NCBI GenBank assembly: GCA_020053795.1
Contig: JAGVMN010000007.1
Span: 31,248 to 95,247, forward strand
DNA: 64,000 nucleotides
Direction of reading: 5' to 3'
Source: Bacteroidia bacterium
Lineage (GTDB): Bacteria > Bacteroidota > Bacteroidia > NS11-12g > UBA9320
The position numbers were made by a program, and so were the translations under genes. Shown here piece after piece: positions 9,202 to 19,218 of this stretch. Below the pieces are notes generated by a model that had not been told where the DNA came from, did not search any database, and was given only the letters and a program-made list of their open reading frames with translations. The first letter of the stretch is position 1; every line of letters starts with the position of its first letter.

Positions 9202-10149
9202 TTAAAGTAGTTTCCGCAATCCTAATAGAAACCCCAGTCCATAACCTATATGAACGGTTAGGTAGGCTATAAATACCAGGAACATCAGTTTGATGCTCTT
9301 CGCACTTTTGATAGCAAAAAAGGCACAAAGAGCCAGATAAATTAAAAGTGGGAACTTAGACACCCAGCCCGGAATTAATATGCAAGCAATCAGATATAAG
9401 ACGAAAAGCGATGGTACTATATGTCTGAGGCGGATACCGGATTTTATTTTCCTAAGTACCATTGGCTTGTACAGACCATAATCGTAATACTGTTTAAACA
9501 AACCCGAAACTGTGTTTCTCGGATAATAGAAAAGTTTGATATCCGGATTCTGATAAATTTTGAATCCCAGACTCCTCGCCCGATAGTGAAACTCATCGTC
9601 CTGATTTCTTTTTTGCTTGACGTCAAAGAGGCCTGTCTTTTCGAAAATGCTTCTTTTCCAGCTTCCAAAAGTGACTGAATCGGTATATCCTTCAAAGGTT
9701 GTGTTGTGAACCGAACCATCACCCATCCCCAATGGTGTATTGAAAATATAGGCAACAGCTTCCTGAAACGGACTGTTTGATGCCGTTCGGGTCGGGCCAC
9801 CAACAATGTCTGCATCGGTAGTATCAAATGTCTTTAGAATTTGTTCGAAGTAGTCTTCCGCATAGTCAGTGTGGGCATCTAACCGAACGATATATTGTCC
9901 GGTACAAACCGGGATGGCCAGATTAAGGGCAAAAGGAACGGTTCTTTGAGGATTGCTGATGATCCGAATTTCGGGATTTGATGTTTGCCATTTTTTCAGA
10001 ATTTCAACCGTGCGATCCTTTGACATTCCGTCAATAAAGATAATCTCTTTGTTCGATGGAGAAGCCGTGGTAACAAATCGAAGTACCTTATCAAGGTAAT
10101 GCTCTTCGTTGTAAACCGGGCAGATAATTGAAATAACCGGATTGGTCAA
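9202..10149 (-). CDS. Glycosyltransferase family 2 (ExoA-like)
   Basis: PVYNEE, DGMSKDRT, RLDAH, RNQDDEF. Confidence 0.88.
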   Translation of the reverse strand: MTNPVISIICPVYNEEHYLDKVLRFVTTASPSNKEIIFIDGMSKDRTVEILKKWQTSNPEIRIISNPQRTVPFALNLAIPVCTGQYIVRLDAHTDYAEDYFEQILKTFDTTDADIVGGPTRTASNSPFQEAVAYIFNTPLGMGDGSVHNTTFEGYTDSVTFGSWKRSIFEKTGLFDVKQKRNQDDEFHYRARSLGFKIYQNPDIKLFYYPRNTVSGLFKQYYDYGLYKPMVLRKIKSGIRLRHIVPSLFVLYLIACILIPGWVSKFPLLIYLALCAFFAIKSAKSIKLMFLVFIAYLTVHIGYGLGFLLGLRKLL

Positions 10150-10162
10150 ACTCAGATATTTG

Positions 10163-11137
10163 TTAGAGCGAATTCAGGCATTGATTCAACAACTCTTTCC
10201 TTCTTGCAATCGTAAAATTTTGGCCGATGTGATCGCTGATTTCATTCGGCGTATAAGGATAATCTGCAAGAGATTTAATCGCTTCAAGAATTCCGTCAAC
10301 GGAAAGTGATTTGATGACCAGGCCAAATTTACCAGTTACTTCTGGCAAGGCACCAATTGCTGTAACCACGGGAATGCATCCGGCCATCATCGCTTCCGCT
10401 ACACTCATCCCGAACCCTTCGTGCAGGGATGGTTGCAAGTATATTTTGCTTTTTTGATAGAGAGCCGTCAAGTCCTGATCTGTAACATAACCCAAAAATT
10501 CAAGGTTATTGGGGGCATTTTGTTTAAGGGTTTGGATGCTGTCGTCAATCCAGCGTCCGGCTTGCAGAAACCGATATTCCGGCATCAAAACGGCAGCCTC
10601 TGCAAATGGTTTAATTCCCTTTCGGTGCATGTTTTCCCGGCTTACGTTCCCGACATTTAATACGATATTCTCTTTGGGTTTTGGATTAAATTGTTTCGCA
10701 GGAATTCCGTGATAAATAACCCTGATCTTGTTTTGAAAACCATGGTTGATTCCGATCACTTCATTTTTAGTAAAATCGGAATTGCAAATGAGCAGATCAG
10801 CTTTTTTTAGATTCCAGTTCGTCACAAAACGACTGAACCACTTTCGCTGATTCCCGTAGCCGATTTCTTGCAGATTTGCGGTATCATACCCTCCGGTGAC
10901 TATGACCACAGGCTTTTTAAATAGTTTTGCCAGAAAAACAGGCAAAACCATGTGCCAGGAAGAAAACCAACCAAAGACAATATCGCAATCTCTGGCATTG
11001 CGAATGGTTTCAAATGGTCGAAGTTTCCATTTTGATCTGACATCCAATTCATGCACGTCAAACAATTCCCGAAGAATGTGGAGATCAATTCTGACGAATG
11101 CCGTCTGCCTGTTATGGACGAAAAGTAGTTTTTTCAA
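10163..11137 (-). CDS. Glycosyltransferase family 4
   Basis: EGFGMSVAEAMMAGCIPV. Confidence 0.88.
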   Translation of the reverse strand: MKKLLFVHNRQTAFVRIDLHILRELFDVHELDVRSKWKLRPFETIRNARDCDIVFGWFSSWHMVLPVFLAKLFKKPVVIVTGGYDTANLQEIGYGNQRKWFSRFVTNWNLKKADLLICNSDFTKNEVIGINHGFQNKIRVIYHGIPAKQFNPKPKENIVLNVGNVSRENMHRKGIKPFAEAAVLMPEYRFLQAGRWIDDSIQTLKQNAPNNLEFLGYVTDQDLTALYQKSKIYLQPSLHEGFGMSVAEAMMAGCIPVVTAIGALPEVTGKFGLVIKSLSVDGILEAIKSLADYPYTPNEISDHIGQNFTIARRKELLNQCLNSL

Positions 11138-12327
11138 TGGGAAACCATTTTATCAATTACTGTTTCAATGGATTTCCCGTAAATATCCAATCCATATCTC
11201 GTTTCCACCCAGGCTCTATTGTCATTTCCGCATTCATTTCGAAACGCAGTGTCTTCAAATCTATTAATAGCTTCCGTTATTTGAGATATGTTTTTATTCT
11301 CAAAAATAAGCGTTCCCGGGTTTCCCTTTACTGATTCGGCCAGTCCGGGTAAATTACTTACAGCCACCGGCAAACCTGCTGCCCATGCGGCGATAAGAGA
11401 AAGTGGCATCGTATCTTTTTCCACAGATGGGTAAATAAATACATCCATGGCCGCAAGGACTGATCCCAAATCTTCCCTGTTTCCGGTCATGATTACCTTT
11501 TCCTCCAAATGATGGTTTCGAATGTATTCACGAAGTGAATCTTCGTAACTCTTGTTTGTAAACAGGGCAGCACCGACAAGAATTAAATGACAGTTGGGGT
11601 TGGTCTCGGCATATTTTTTAAATGCTTCCAGCAACAGGTGCTGGCCTTTCCATGGAATCAAGCGGGCAGCGTGACCTATGACAAATGAATGCTCCGAAAT
11701 TTTGAATTCCTGACGGATTTTGATCCTATCCTCTGGTTTATAGAATGCATCCAGGTCTATTCCGTTGAGCACCACATCAGACTTCTTCTCGACCCTGGCA
11801 GGTAATTGTTCGATCATTGGTTGTTCACCCATGATTCTGTTGGGCAACGCAGCAGCAAGCAAGCCAAAAAACCATCTAAAAAACCCACCAAATCTGGGAC
11901 TGATCAAATCCTGAAGGTGCCAAACGGATGAGATTCCGGAAATTCTTGCCGCTAGAGATCCGCAAATATGTGCGTGAATACCTTTTGTGATGACGATGTC
12001 GGGATTATGAAGTTGAAATATTTTTCGGAAGTCTGCTATTTGCAATGGAATAATCAAAACATTCCATAAAAGCCCCGGAATGTTTGGAATCCTTATACGA
12101 TCCCTCATTACAGAAATGCTGCTTGAAACAAGGCTTCTTTTATGGTATAGCAAGACATTCATTTGGTGATCCACACACCTACGATAGAAGGGCCCATCAC
12201 CCGGAATTAAAAGGGTTGCCTCGATATTTTGATGCTTCAGAAAATAGGTGGCAAGATAAAAGGAGCTGAACTGAACACCGCCCATATCGCCGGCGTCTTC
12301 AACAATAAGGCAGCGAATTTTTGTCAT
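11134..12327 (-). CDS. Glycosyltransferase family 4
   Basis: ARLIPWKGQ, AMDVFIYPS; the usual EX7E motif is degenerate (DTMPLSLIAA). Confidence 0.82.
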   Translation of the reverse strand: MTKIRCLIVEDAGDMGGVQFSSFYLATYFLKHQNIEATLLIPGDGPFYRRCVDHQMNVLLYHKRSLVSSSISVMRDRIRIPNIPGLLWNVLIIPLQIADFRKIFQLHNPDIVITKGIHAHICGSLAARISGISSVWHLQDLISPRFGGFFRWFFGLLAAALPNRIMGEQPMIEQLPARVEKKSDVVLNGIDLDAFYKPEDRIKIRQEFKISEHSFVIGHAARLIPWKGQHLLLEAFKKYAETNPNCHLILVGAALFTNKSYEDSLREYIRNHHLEEKVIMTGNREDLGSVLAAMDVFIYPSVEKDTMPLSLIAAWAAGLPVAVSNLPGLAESVKGNPGTLIFENKNISQITEAINRFEDTAFRNECGNDNRAWVETRYGLDIYGKSIETVIDKMVSH

Positions 12328-13106
12328 TTACCAGAAGGACTTTTTCCTAAATTCAGTACTTCCATTTCTTTTAGTTTGGAATGCGAAAGAAAGTAATAGA
12401 AGGCGGTATATCTGGCCAGAAAAAAACCACGCCAACCATCTCTAAAACCTTGAAGATATAAGTAGCGATGCAGAAAAATAAGTAGCGGAAAAAATAGCCA
12501 TTTTAAATAACCGAACTTGCGGTTATTCTTTTTCAGTTCATCAGCTTCATATCTTGTGTACCGATCTAAATTCTTCAGTTGTTTTGAAATATCGGGCATT
12601 CCAAAGTGAAGGAGATGGCAGGGGAGCGTCTCTACTGTGCCGCTCACTTTGAAATTGGAGTGAACCTCCCTGTCGAACCATTGGCCTTTGTTTTTTCTGA
12701 AAAGCCTGTGTTCCCAGTCAGGGTAAATGCCCCCATATCTGACCCATTTGCCCAGCATGTGGTTTTTTCGAGCCATTCGAAAGCAGTCAATTTCAATGGT
12801 GGCATTTTCAATAGCATTTCTTATAATGTTTTCCGCATCAGGCTCAAGAACCTCGTCGGAGTCTATTTGGAAAACCCACTCGTGGGAGCATGATGGAAGT
12901 GCCCAATTCTTTTGTTTAGCAGAATTGAGGTATTCATGTTGAAGAATCTGAACCTTGTATTCATTGGCGATGTCGAGGGTATTGTCGGTACTATAGGAAT
13001 CAACAATCACAATTTCATCTGCCCACTTAACAGACTCAAGTGCAGCTCTGATGGAACTACCGCAATTATAAGTTGGCAGCAATATGCTCAGTTTTTTCCT
13101 GTTCAT
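12324..13106 (-). CDS. Glycosyltransferase family 2 (KdtX/WaaE-like)
   Basis: VDSYSTDNT, QKNWAL, IDSDE, REVH. Confidence 0.88.
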   Translation of the reverse strand: MNRKKLSILLPTYNCGSSIRAALESVKWADEIVIVDSYSTDNTLDIANEYKVQILQHEYLNSAKQKNWALPSCSHEWVFQIDSDEVLEPDAENIIRNAIENATIEIDCFRMARKNHMLGKWVRYGGIYPDWEHRLFRKNKGQWFDREVHSNFKVSGTVETLPCHLLHFGMPDISKQLKNLDRYTRYEADELKKNNRKFGYLKWLFFPLLIFLHRYLYLQGFRDGWRGFFLARYTAFYYFLSHSKLKEMEVLNLGKSPSGK

Positions 13107-14457
13107 TTAATTTGATTTGTGCGGAAATGAATCTTGTTCTCAGCCTCTTTCGAATCAACACAGTGTAATAATGCAGAAGTGCCCATAAAAAAAATAATGG
13201 AACACCGGATTGAGTTAAAATATAATTGTTGTTAATGACGAACATGTAAGCCACACATAAATTGCTTATCAGCAGAATCACAAGGCCATCCTTTTCATTT
13301 CTTTCGAGTCCGTTTTTTGTTGAAATATTATACCCATTCAAAAAAGTATAGAGAAAGGCAGCCGCATACAAAATGCCAAGTATCCAACCTCCGTTGGAGG
13401 CTATTTGAACAAAATCGGAATGTACCCAGCCTGAAACACCCCAACCAACTCCAAAAGGTTTGGCAAAGATAGTTTCCCATGCAATTCCCATCCGTTCCTG
13501 CCTTTTGAAACCACTGCTGTCTTTTGCATAATCAGCTTCGCCCTCAATGGCAATAAGACCGGATATAAAACGCTGAATGGCTTCATCAGAAATGAATTGA
13601 ATGGCAATAAAAGCGACCAATACGGCACTTAAAATTCCCAGAATGAGTTTGTTTGCTCCCAGATGAATTTTCTTATACCAAAAGAAATAGAGGAAAAAAA
13701 TCAGGAAAGTAATTATCCAATCGGCTCTGTTTCCGGCAATATAAAGTGCCCAAATATTGACAACCAATGAAAAATAGAAAAAGGCCGGCTTTTTCAAAAG
13801 ACCGATTTTATCTCTAACATAATATATAAGAGGGAAAGCACAAACGATGATATGACCAACAGTAACCGATCCCCAGTGGCTGAACCAGGCTCTCTCGAAC
13901 CCATCTTTAATAGCATATTCTTCATATTCGTAGTCGTTATAAAATCCAGCGAGAGCCGACCTCACTGACGGAAATTGAACCTCAACAACACCAAAAAAGG
14001 ACAAAGCAGTAATAACCAAAATATAGTAATAGGCTGCCTCAAGAAGATTTCGGTCATCTTTCAGATAAACACCGGTGACCAAAAAGACCGGAACAATTAA
14101 AAAGAAATTTTTAAAGTCAAACAACACTTCTACATCCGGTGGGTATTTGGCATAAATGCCTATCATCAGAGATATCAGGCTCATTGGAATAATTGCAATA
14201 AGCCATATTGGAATAGAAGCATTTTTGGTGATGCTGATTGCCTTGAAAAAAAGAAAAATTAACATAAAGTCAATTGGATGCACTTTGAATATCTTGACGA
14301 TTCCATATACCGTTTCCTCCCAAATGGCAAATGTTCTGTAACCAAGAAAAAAAAGGACAACCATCCACAAGACACCAGATTCCAAACCTTTTCGACCATC
14401 GAGAAAAATTCGGCTGTAGGCATAAACGGACAAGAGAATAACAATCAGGCTGAACAT
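13066..14457 (-). CDS. Wzy polymerase / O-antigen ligase-like polytopic membrane protein
   Basis: About 11-12 hydrophobic segments; GNRA and PFGVGWG...HSDFVQ resemble Wzy_C/WaaL loop motifs. Confidence 0.7.
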   Translation of the reverse strand: MFSLIVILLSVYAYSRIFLDGRKGLESGVLWMVVLFFLGYRTFAIWEETVYGIVKIFKVHPIDFMLIFLFFKAISITKNASIPIWLIAIIPMSLISLMIGIYAKYPPDVEVLFDFKNFFLIVPVFLVTGVYLKDDRNLLEAAYYYILVITALSFFGVVEVQFPSVRSALAGFYNDYEYEEYAIKDGFERAWFSHWGSVTVGHIIVCAFPLIYYVRDKIGLLKKPAFFYFSLVVNIWALYIAGNRADWIITFLIFFLYFFWYKKIHLGANKLILGILSAVLVAFIAIQFISDEAIQRFISGLIAIEGEADYAKDSSGFKRQERMGIAWETIFAKPFGVGWGVSGWVHSDFVQIASNGGWILGILYAAAFLYTFLNGYNISTKNGLERNEKDGLVILLISNLCVAYMFVINNNYILTQSGVPLFFLWALLHYYTVLIRKRLRTRFISAQIKLNEQEKTEHIAANL

Positions 14458-14463
14458 TCTAAT

Positions 14464-15654
14464 TCAAATCTTTCGAATGCTAAATACATCCAAGTATGAA
14501 TTGATCATTTTTTCTACAGTAAAATTAGCTAATAAAGATTTTACCTGTTCCGTCGGAAGCTTAAACCCGTTTTCATATACAACACTAATAAGTGCAACTT
14601 TAAGTGTCGTAACATCAGGATTAATGAGAGTCACTGTATTGGAGCAAATTTCCGGTATGCCTCCGGTGTTGAATCCAATGAACGGCCTTTCACTGGCTAA
14701 GGCTTCAAGAACACTTATTCCGAAAGGTTCTATTCTTGAAGCCACAACATTACAAACGGCACCTTTACAATAGGCGGCAATCTCAATTTGACTGAGACGG
14801 CCGGTAAAAATAATTTTCCTTTGTAACCCTAATTCCTCTGACAATTTCTTTAATGCCTGTTCTTCAATGCCGGTTCCTGCTATAATTAAGCAAGGAAGGT
14901 CTTCTTTTCTATCTTTAATTAATCCGGCATAAGCATGTATTAAAATGTCAAATCCTTTGGCCGGTTCAAGTCTCCCAAATGAGAAGAAATACGCTGAATC
15001 ATAGGTCATCGGTTCAACTCGGTCAAAAACATTCAGGTTAACGGCGTTCCATATTACTTGTGTGTCTTGTTCGATTTCCGGACATATCCCAATGGTTTTT
15101 TCCTTCAGCCAGTTTGAACAAGTGGTCACCGTTGCCGATGCCTTCAATAGAGTCGTTTGATCAATAAATTGTTTGCTTGATCTGGCATTAATGGAAATTT
15201 GGTTGGAGACAAAGCCATTTTCTTTTTCGTACCATTTCAAAATCTCGTTTCCGTGAAGCGATGTTACAAGCCTGATGCCGGGGAAGCGGTCAATTAATTT
15301 AACGGCAAACTTGTTCTGATGATGGGGGAAATGAATATTAATCACATCTGGATTATATTGCCGGAGAATGGATTCGACTTTAGTCAATTGCCTTTTGAAC
15401 AATAAAAATCCCAAAACATTTAACAAAATTGATTTGGGTTCTTTTAAATTGATTTTTTGATTTCCCCAATGAATAAATCTGATGATGCGGTATTTTTGGG
15501 AGGTGTCTGATTTTGAAAGATTCGTAGGATATCTATTGGCAATAACCAATACCTCATGTCCTTTTTCAATAAGTCCATCCGCTAATTGCCTGGTAACTGT
15601 TTGGATACCGCCCATGACGGGGTAAAAAGAAGAACTCCAGATGACAATTCTCAA
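14464..15654 (-). CDS. Glycosyltransferase family 4
   Basis: GRLEPAKGFD, EPFGISVLEA. Confidence 0.88.
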   Translation of the reverse strand: MRIVIWSSSFYPVMGGIQTVTRQLADGLIEKGHEVLVIANRYPTNLSKSDTSQKYRIIRFIHWGNQKINLKEPKSILLNVLGFLLFKRQLTKVESILRQYNPDVINIHFPHHQNKFAVKLIDRFPGIRLVTSLHGNEILKWYEKENGFVSNQISINARSSKQFIDQTTLLKASATVTTCSNWLKEKTIGICPEIEQDTQVIWNAVNLNVFDRVEPMTYDSAYFFSFGRLEPAKGFDILIHAYAGLIKDRKEDLPCLIIAGTGIEEQALKKLSEELGLQRKIIFTGRLSQIEIAAYCKGAVCNVVASRIEPFGISVLEALASERPFIGFNTGGIPEICSNTVTLINPDVTTLKVALISVVYENGFKLPTEQVKSLLANFTVEKMINSYLDVFSIRKI

Positions 15655-15663
15655 AAAATGAAA

Positions 15664-17613
15664 CTATTTCTGAACGAACAAGTGTATGGAAACCCCGGGT
15701 TTAGAGCATTTAATAAAACTTATCTTCTTCTTCCCTGTAAAGCGATAAATATAACCGGTTGAAGGGAGCCAACTGCCCGGAAAAGCGAGACTTGAAGATA
15801 GGAGCGGACGTTTGTGCCATTCAAAAACTCTTTGAGAGTTTTCGATTGAACGATTGGCAAATTTTCTGTAAACAACTTTCTCCGGAGCAAAACTGTATTC
15901 TGAAATAGTTCCATCGTCATAATGAATTTCAAGAATACCTGCCCCATTCTCATGGTCATTTGTTTCAAAAAAGTAATAAAAACCTACGTCTGAAATATCG
16001 GCATGAAAAGGGGACATTATTTGTCTCCATCCCAACAAAGTATCACCGGTTTTTAAAATTACAGGAAGTTCTAAATCCTGATATTTTATATTGAAATAAC
16101 GCGGAATGAAATATTGGGATTTTTGATTTGTTCTGACAAATCTAAAGCAGATCAAAGGGAAATAGGCATATGAATCATCGGCCCTGAAGCCATGGTTCTC
16201 AATTTCAGAAAAAAGAAAATTGATCCTTGAAAATCGTCGTTCAGAGCTTGTGCCGGTGTTCCACATTTGTTCCTTAGTTAAAACCTGATAGGCACGGTAA
16301 TCGCTTACCACGACTGAAATTGTATCAAATTTGTTCAGGATTTTCGCAACTTTGGTAGTATCATAAAAATTGACAATACTTTTAGGGTCAATTTTATCAT
16401 TGGCATAGAATTTAAAATTGTCTTCTGATCTGCCTTGAACCAAAACGACAGTGTTTTTATTATCAGCAATATCTGTAACCTTTACAACTTGGTTCCAGTT
16501 TTCTTTGGGAAATGTAATGGAAAAAGAGGTTCCATATCCAAGAAATGCAAGAAAAACCAATCTTGAACCCCATTTTACGAAAGCGGTTTTATAATAAATT
16601 ATTGGTACGGAAAGAATTACCAACCACGATATCAGAAACAAACCATGCTTGGCGATTAGTTGCGTTGATCCGGGAAGAGTCAAAGGTTCTAAAATGCAAA
16701 ACATCGTAATAAACGGTACAATGCTGGCAAATGCGAAATCCAGGATTGCACGGTGTTTCTGAATTTGATAAAACAAATACAAACCAAACGACAACAAAGC
16801 TATTGTTGAAATAAATAACAACACTACCCAGATATTCTCCAAAACGGTCATGTATTCCCCAAAGAGATACTGAAAGACAGAAACCGCCGGCTTTATAAAT
16901 GTAGCAACATTCCATCCGCGTATTTCACCCCCACCTAATTCATAACTGCTTCCAAGGTGCATAAACCACCTGAAAATATCCTGCCATTTGGCAAGAACGA
17001 TAGTTGCAATTAGAAGCATCACAGTTCCGAAAATGATTCGATTCTTTCGTCCAAGGCATATCCATTCTTTCCATATTATGTAGGTTGCCATCTGCCATGT
17101 CAACAAATAATGAATGGCCGGAGAAACCGCTAAAAGTGCATAGAAAAGACATCTTTTCTTTTCGAACGATTCATTATAAATAAGTATCACAAGATTGCAT
17201 ACGAAAGATACAAAAAGATAGAGCCCATAATAGCGAAAATATTGTTCCTGAAACAAAACAAAAGGACTCATGGTAAAAAACACGATATTCACAAGAAGGA
17301 ATTTCTTAATGTAATCTGCCAGGGTCTCTTTTTTGAGCAGGAAAAAAGTGATCAGATAAACGAATGAAACCCAGAATAACCCTACTTGCCGGTAATAAAC
17401 AAAATTATGGATGCTCACCTGCCCTAATATCTCTTTTAACAACATGACCAAAAGGTTGTTGGGTGTTCCAACCAGAACATAGTCATAGTAGGTGTACCAT
17501 TCATCTCCGCCCCATGGTATTTTCAATCCAAATAACAGAGATAAAATGCAATGAAATATCCATAATAAAGGAACGAAAAAGTGCGGAGGGACGGACAGTT
17601 TTAAAGTATTCAC
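15664..17613 (-). CDS. Polytopic membrane protein, putative GT-C fold glycosyltransferase
   Basis: WGGDE acidic motif after the first TM, RYYGL motif, many TMs and a soluble C-terminal domain; adjacent to a polyprenyl-P GT2. Confidence 0.5.
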   Translation of the reverse strand: MNTLKLSVPPHFFVPLLWIFHCILSLLFGLKIPWGGDEWYTYYDYVLVGTPNNLLVMLLKEILGQVSIHNFVYYRQVGLFWVSFVYLITFFLLKKETLADYIKKFLLVNIVFFTMSPFVLFQEQYFRYYGLYLFVSFVCNLVILIYNESFEKKRCLFYALLAVSPAIHYLLTWQMATYIIWKEWICLGRKNRIIFGTVMLLIATIVLAKWQDIFRWFMHLGSSYELGGGEIRGWNVATFIKPAVSVFQYLFGEYMTVLENIWVVLLFISTIALLSFGLYLFYQIQKHRAILDFAFASIVPFITMFCILEPLTLPGSTQLIAKHGLFLISWLVILSVPIIYYKTAFVKWGSRLVFLAFLGYGTSFSITFPKENWNQVVKVTDIADNKNTVVLVQGRSEDNFKFYANDKIDPKSIVNFYDTTKVAKILNKFDTISVVVSDYRAYQVLTKEQMWNTGTSSERRFSRINFLFSEIENHGFRADDSYAYFPLICFRFVRTNQKSQYFIPRYFNIKYQDLELPVILKTGDTLLGWRQIMSPFHADISDVGFYYFFETNDHENGAGILEIHYDDGTISEYSFAPEKVVYRKFANRSIENSQRVFEWHKRPLLSSSLAFPGSWLPSTGYIYRFTGKKKISFIKCSKPGVSIHLFVQK

Positions 17614-17641
17614 TCTTGAGGAAAGGATATAATAACGGAAA

Positions 17642-18574
17642 TTAACAATTGAGTCGGTCTTTTATGATATATTGACCGGGTCGGCTTGAATTCATAAAAA
17701 GTCGGCCCAAATATTCACCTACAATGCCAAGGGAAATCAAAATCAGGCCCCCTAAAAAAAGGAGAACCAGTATTAAGGAAGCCCAACCTTCCACATGTTT
17801 ATTGTTGAAGAAAAACTCCAGGAAATAATAGATGGCAAGAAGGAAGCTGAAAATAGAAGAAACAAAACCGACAGCTGTCGCAATTCTCAAAGGGAAGACG
17901 GAGAAGTTTGTAGCCAGTTTAAGGAAGACCGTTACCGATTTAGCCAGATTGAAATTGCTTTTACCGGCATGTCGTAAATGGTGGTCGATATTTTCAATTT
18001 GACCCACATTTGAAGTTACCATAAACACCAAACCATCTACATAAGGATAAGGACCTTTATACTTTTGAATTTCCTCAACAACTTCAGCTCTGATGATTTT
18101 GAAGGGTGAAAGGTAAATATGTGGTGGTTTGTCAATCAGTATTTCGGCGATTACACCATTTAACCAGCTTCCAAGATTCTTCCATGTGGCATGTTTCTTC
18201 TTCTTAAATCTGGCAAATACAACGTCATATCCTTCCAGGATTTTTTGATACAGTTTTAAAATATCAAATGGCGAGTGTTGCAGATCGTCATCCATAATAA
18301 CAATATACTCACCGGTGGCACAACTGAAACCGGCCATCAAAGCATTATCCTGACCGCAATTTTTCCGCAAGTTAATTCCCAGAATTCGGTCGTTTCCGGT
18401 TGCCAATTTTTTAATCACTTCCCAACTTTTATCTAAACTTGCATCGTTTATAAAAACGATTTCGAATTTTTGTCCATTTAGGGCCTCATTAATTTTTTGA
18501 CAAAGCAGTTCCAAATTATCTTGGCTGTTGAACACAGGTATTACAAGGCTCAACACAGGTCTTTCTGGGTTCAT
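17642..18574 (-). CDS. Polyprenyl-phosphate glycosyltransferase GT2 (GtrB/ArnC-like)
   Basis: NDASLD, RKNCGQDNA, MDDDLQH, two C-terminal TMs ending GEYLGR. Confidence 0.9.
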   Translation of the reverse strand: MNPERPVLSLVIPVFNSQDNLELLCQKINEALNGQKFEIVFINDASLDKSWEVIKKLATGNDRILGINLRKNCGQDNALMAGFSCATGEYIVIMDDDLQHSPFDILKLYQKILEGYDVVFARFKKKKHATWKNLGSWLNGVIAEILIDKPPHIYLSPFKIIRAEVVEEIQKYKGPYPYVDGLVFMVTSNVGQIENIDHHLRHAGKSNFNLAKSVTVFLKLATNFSVFPLRIATAVGFVSSIFSFLLAIYYFLEFFFNNKHVEGWASLILVLLFLGGLILISLGIVGEYLGRLFMNSSRPGQYIIKDRLNC

Positions 18575-19218
18575 ATCTTTTTTATTACGATTAGCATGTC
18601 TTTGCCCGTTTTTTGAACCTTGTATTCAAAATTCAAAGTTAGTCTGAGACGATCCAAAAGCCCTGTCAGGGTTGATTTATTGAATCTGAAACTTTCATTA
18701 CCATTGCCAACGCTTGTTAATTTTTTGGCCATAAATCCTAGCACGCCATCACTACCGGCCATATTTAACACAGGTTCAGAAATAAATATGAGATCGGCAG
18801 AATCAAGCATTTTCTCAAAAAGAATGTCGATTTTCGAATGAAAGTGATACAAGGATCCCATGATGACAATCACATCGGATTTTGGAAAAAAATCCATCGC
18901 TCTAATATCTGTTTTAGTGGCTTCGAATCCATGACTTATAGCCCGCCGAACAAATCCTGAGTTGAGGTCATAACCAGTCCATTTTATGTTTTGATTTTTA
19001 CAATACTGAGCTATTTTTAAATCTGCAAAACATAGTTCTAAAAGGGTTTTGGTTTGGCTTGGAATCAGCCCGATTACATCAGAAAACCTATTATTGTAGT
19101 GTCCAAAATAGAGCACTTGCATGATTGCTCTGTAAATAATGATGTTCTGATAAATAAGACTTGAATTTCCTGCCACAGCAGCTAGGGTCTTTTGAAGAAG
19201 TCGTAGATTGTTTGACAA
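18571..19218 (-). CDS. Putative class I SAM-dependent methyltransferase-like protein
   Basis: LLELCFAD (degenerate motif I), GYDLN, SLYHF; start uncertain. Confidence 0.55.
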   Translation of the reverse strand: MSNNLRLLQKTLAAVAGNSSLIYQNIIIYRAIMQVLYFGHYNNRFSDVIGLIPSQTKTLLELCFADLKIAQYCKNQNIKWTGYDLNSGFVRRAISHGFEATKTDIRAMDFFPKSDVIVIMGSLYHFHSKIDILFEKMLDSADLIFISEPVLNMAGSDGVLGFMAKKLTSVGNGNESFRFNKSTLTGLLDRLRLTLNFEYKVQKTGKDMLIVIKKI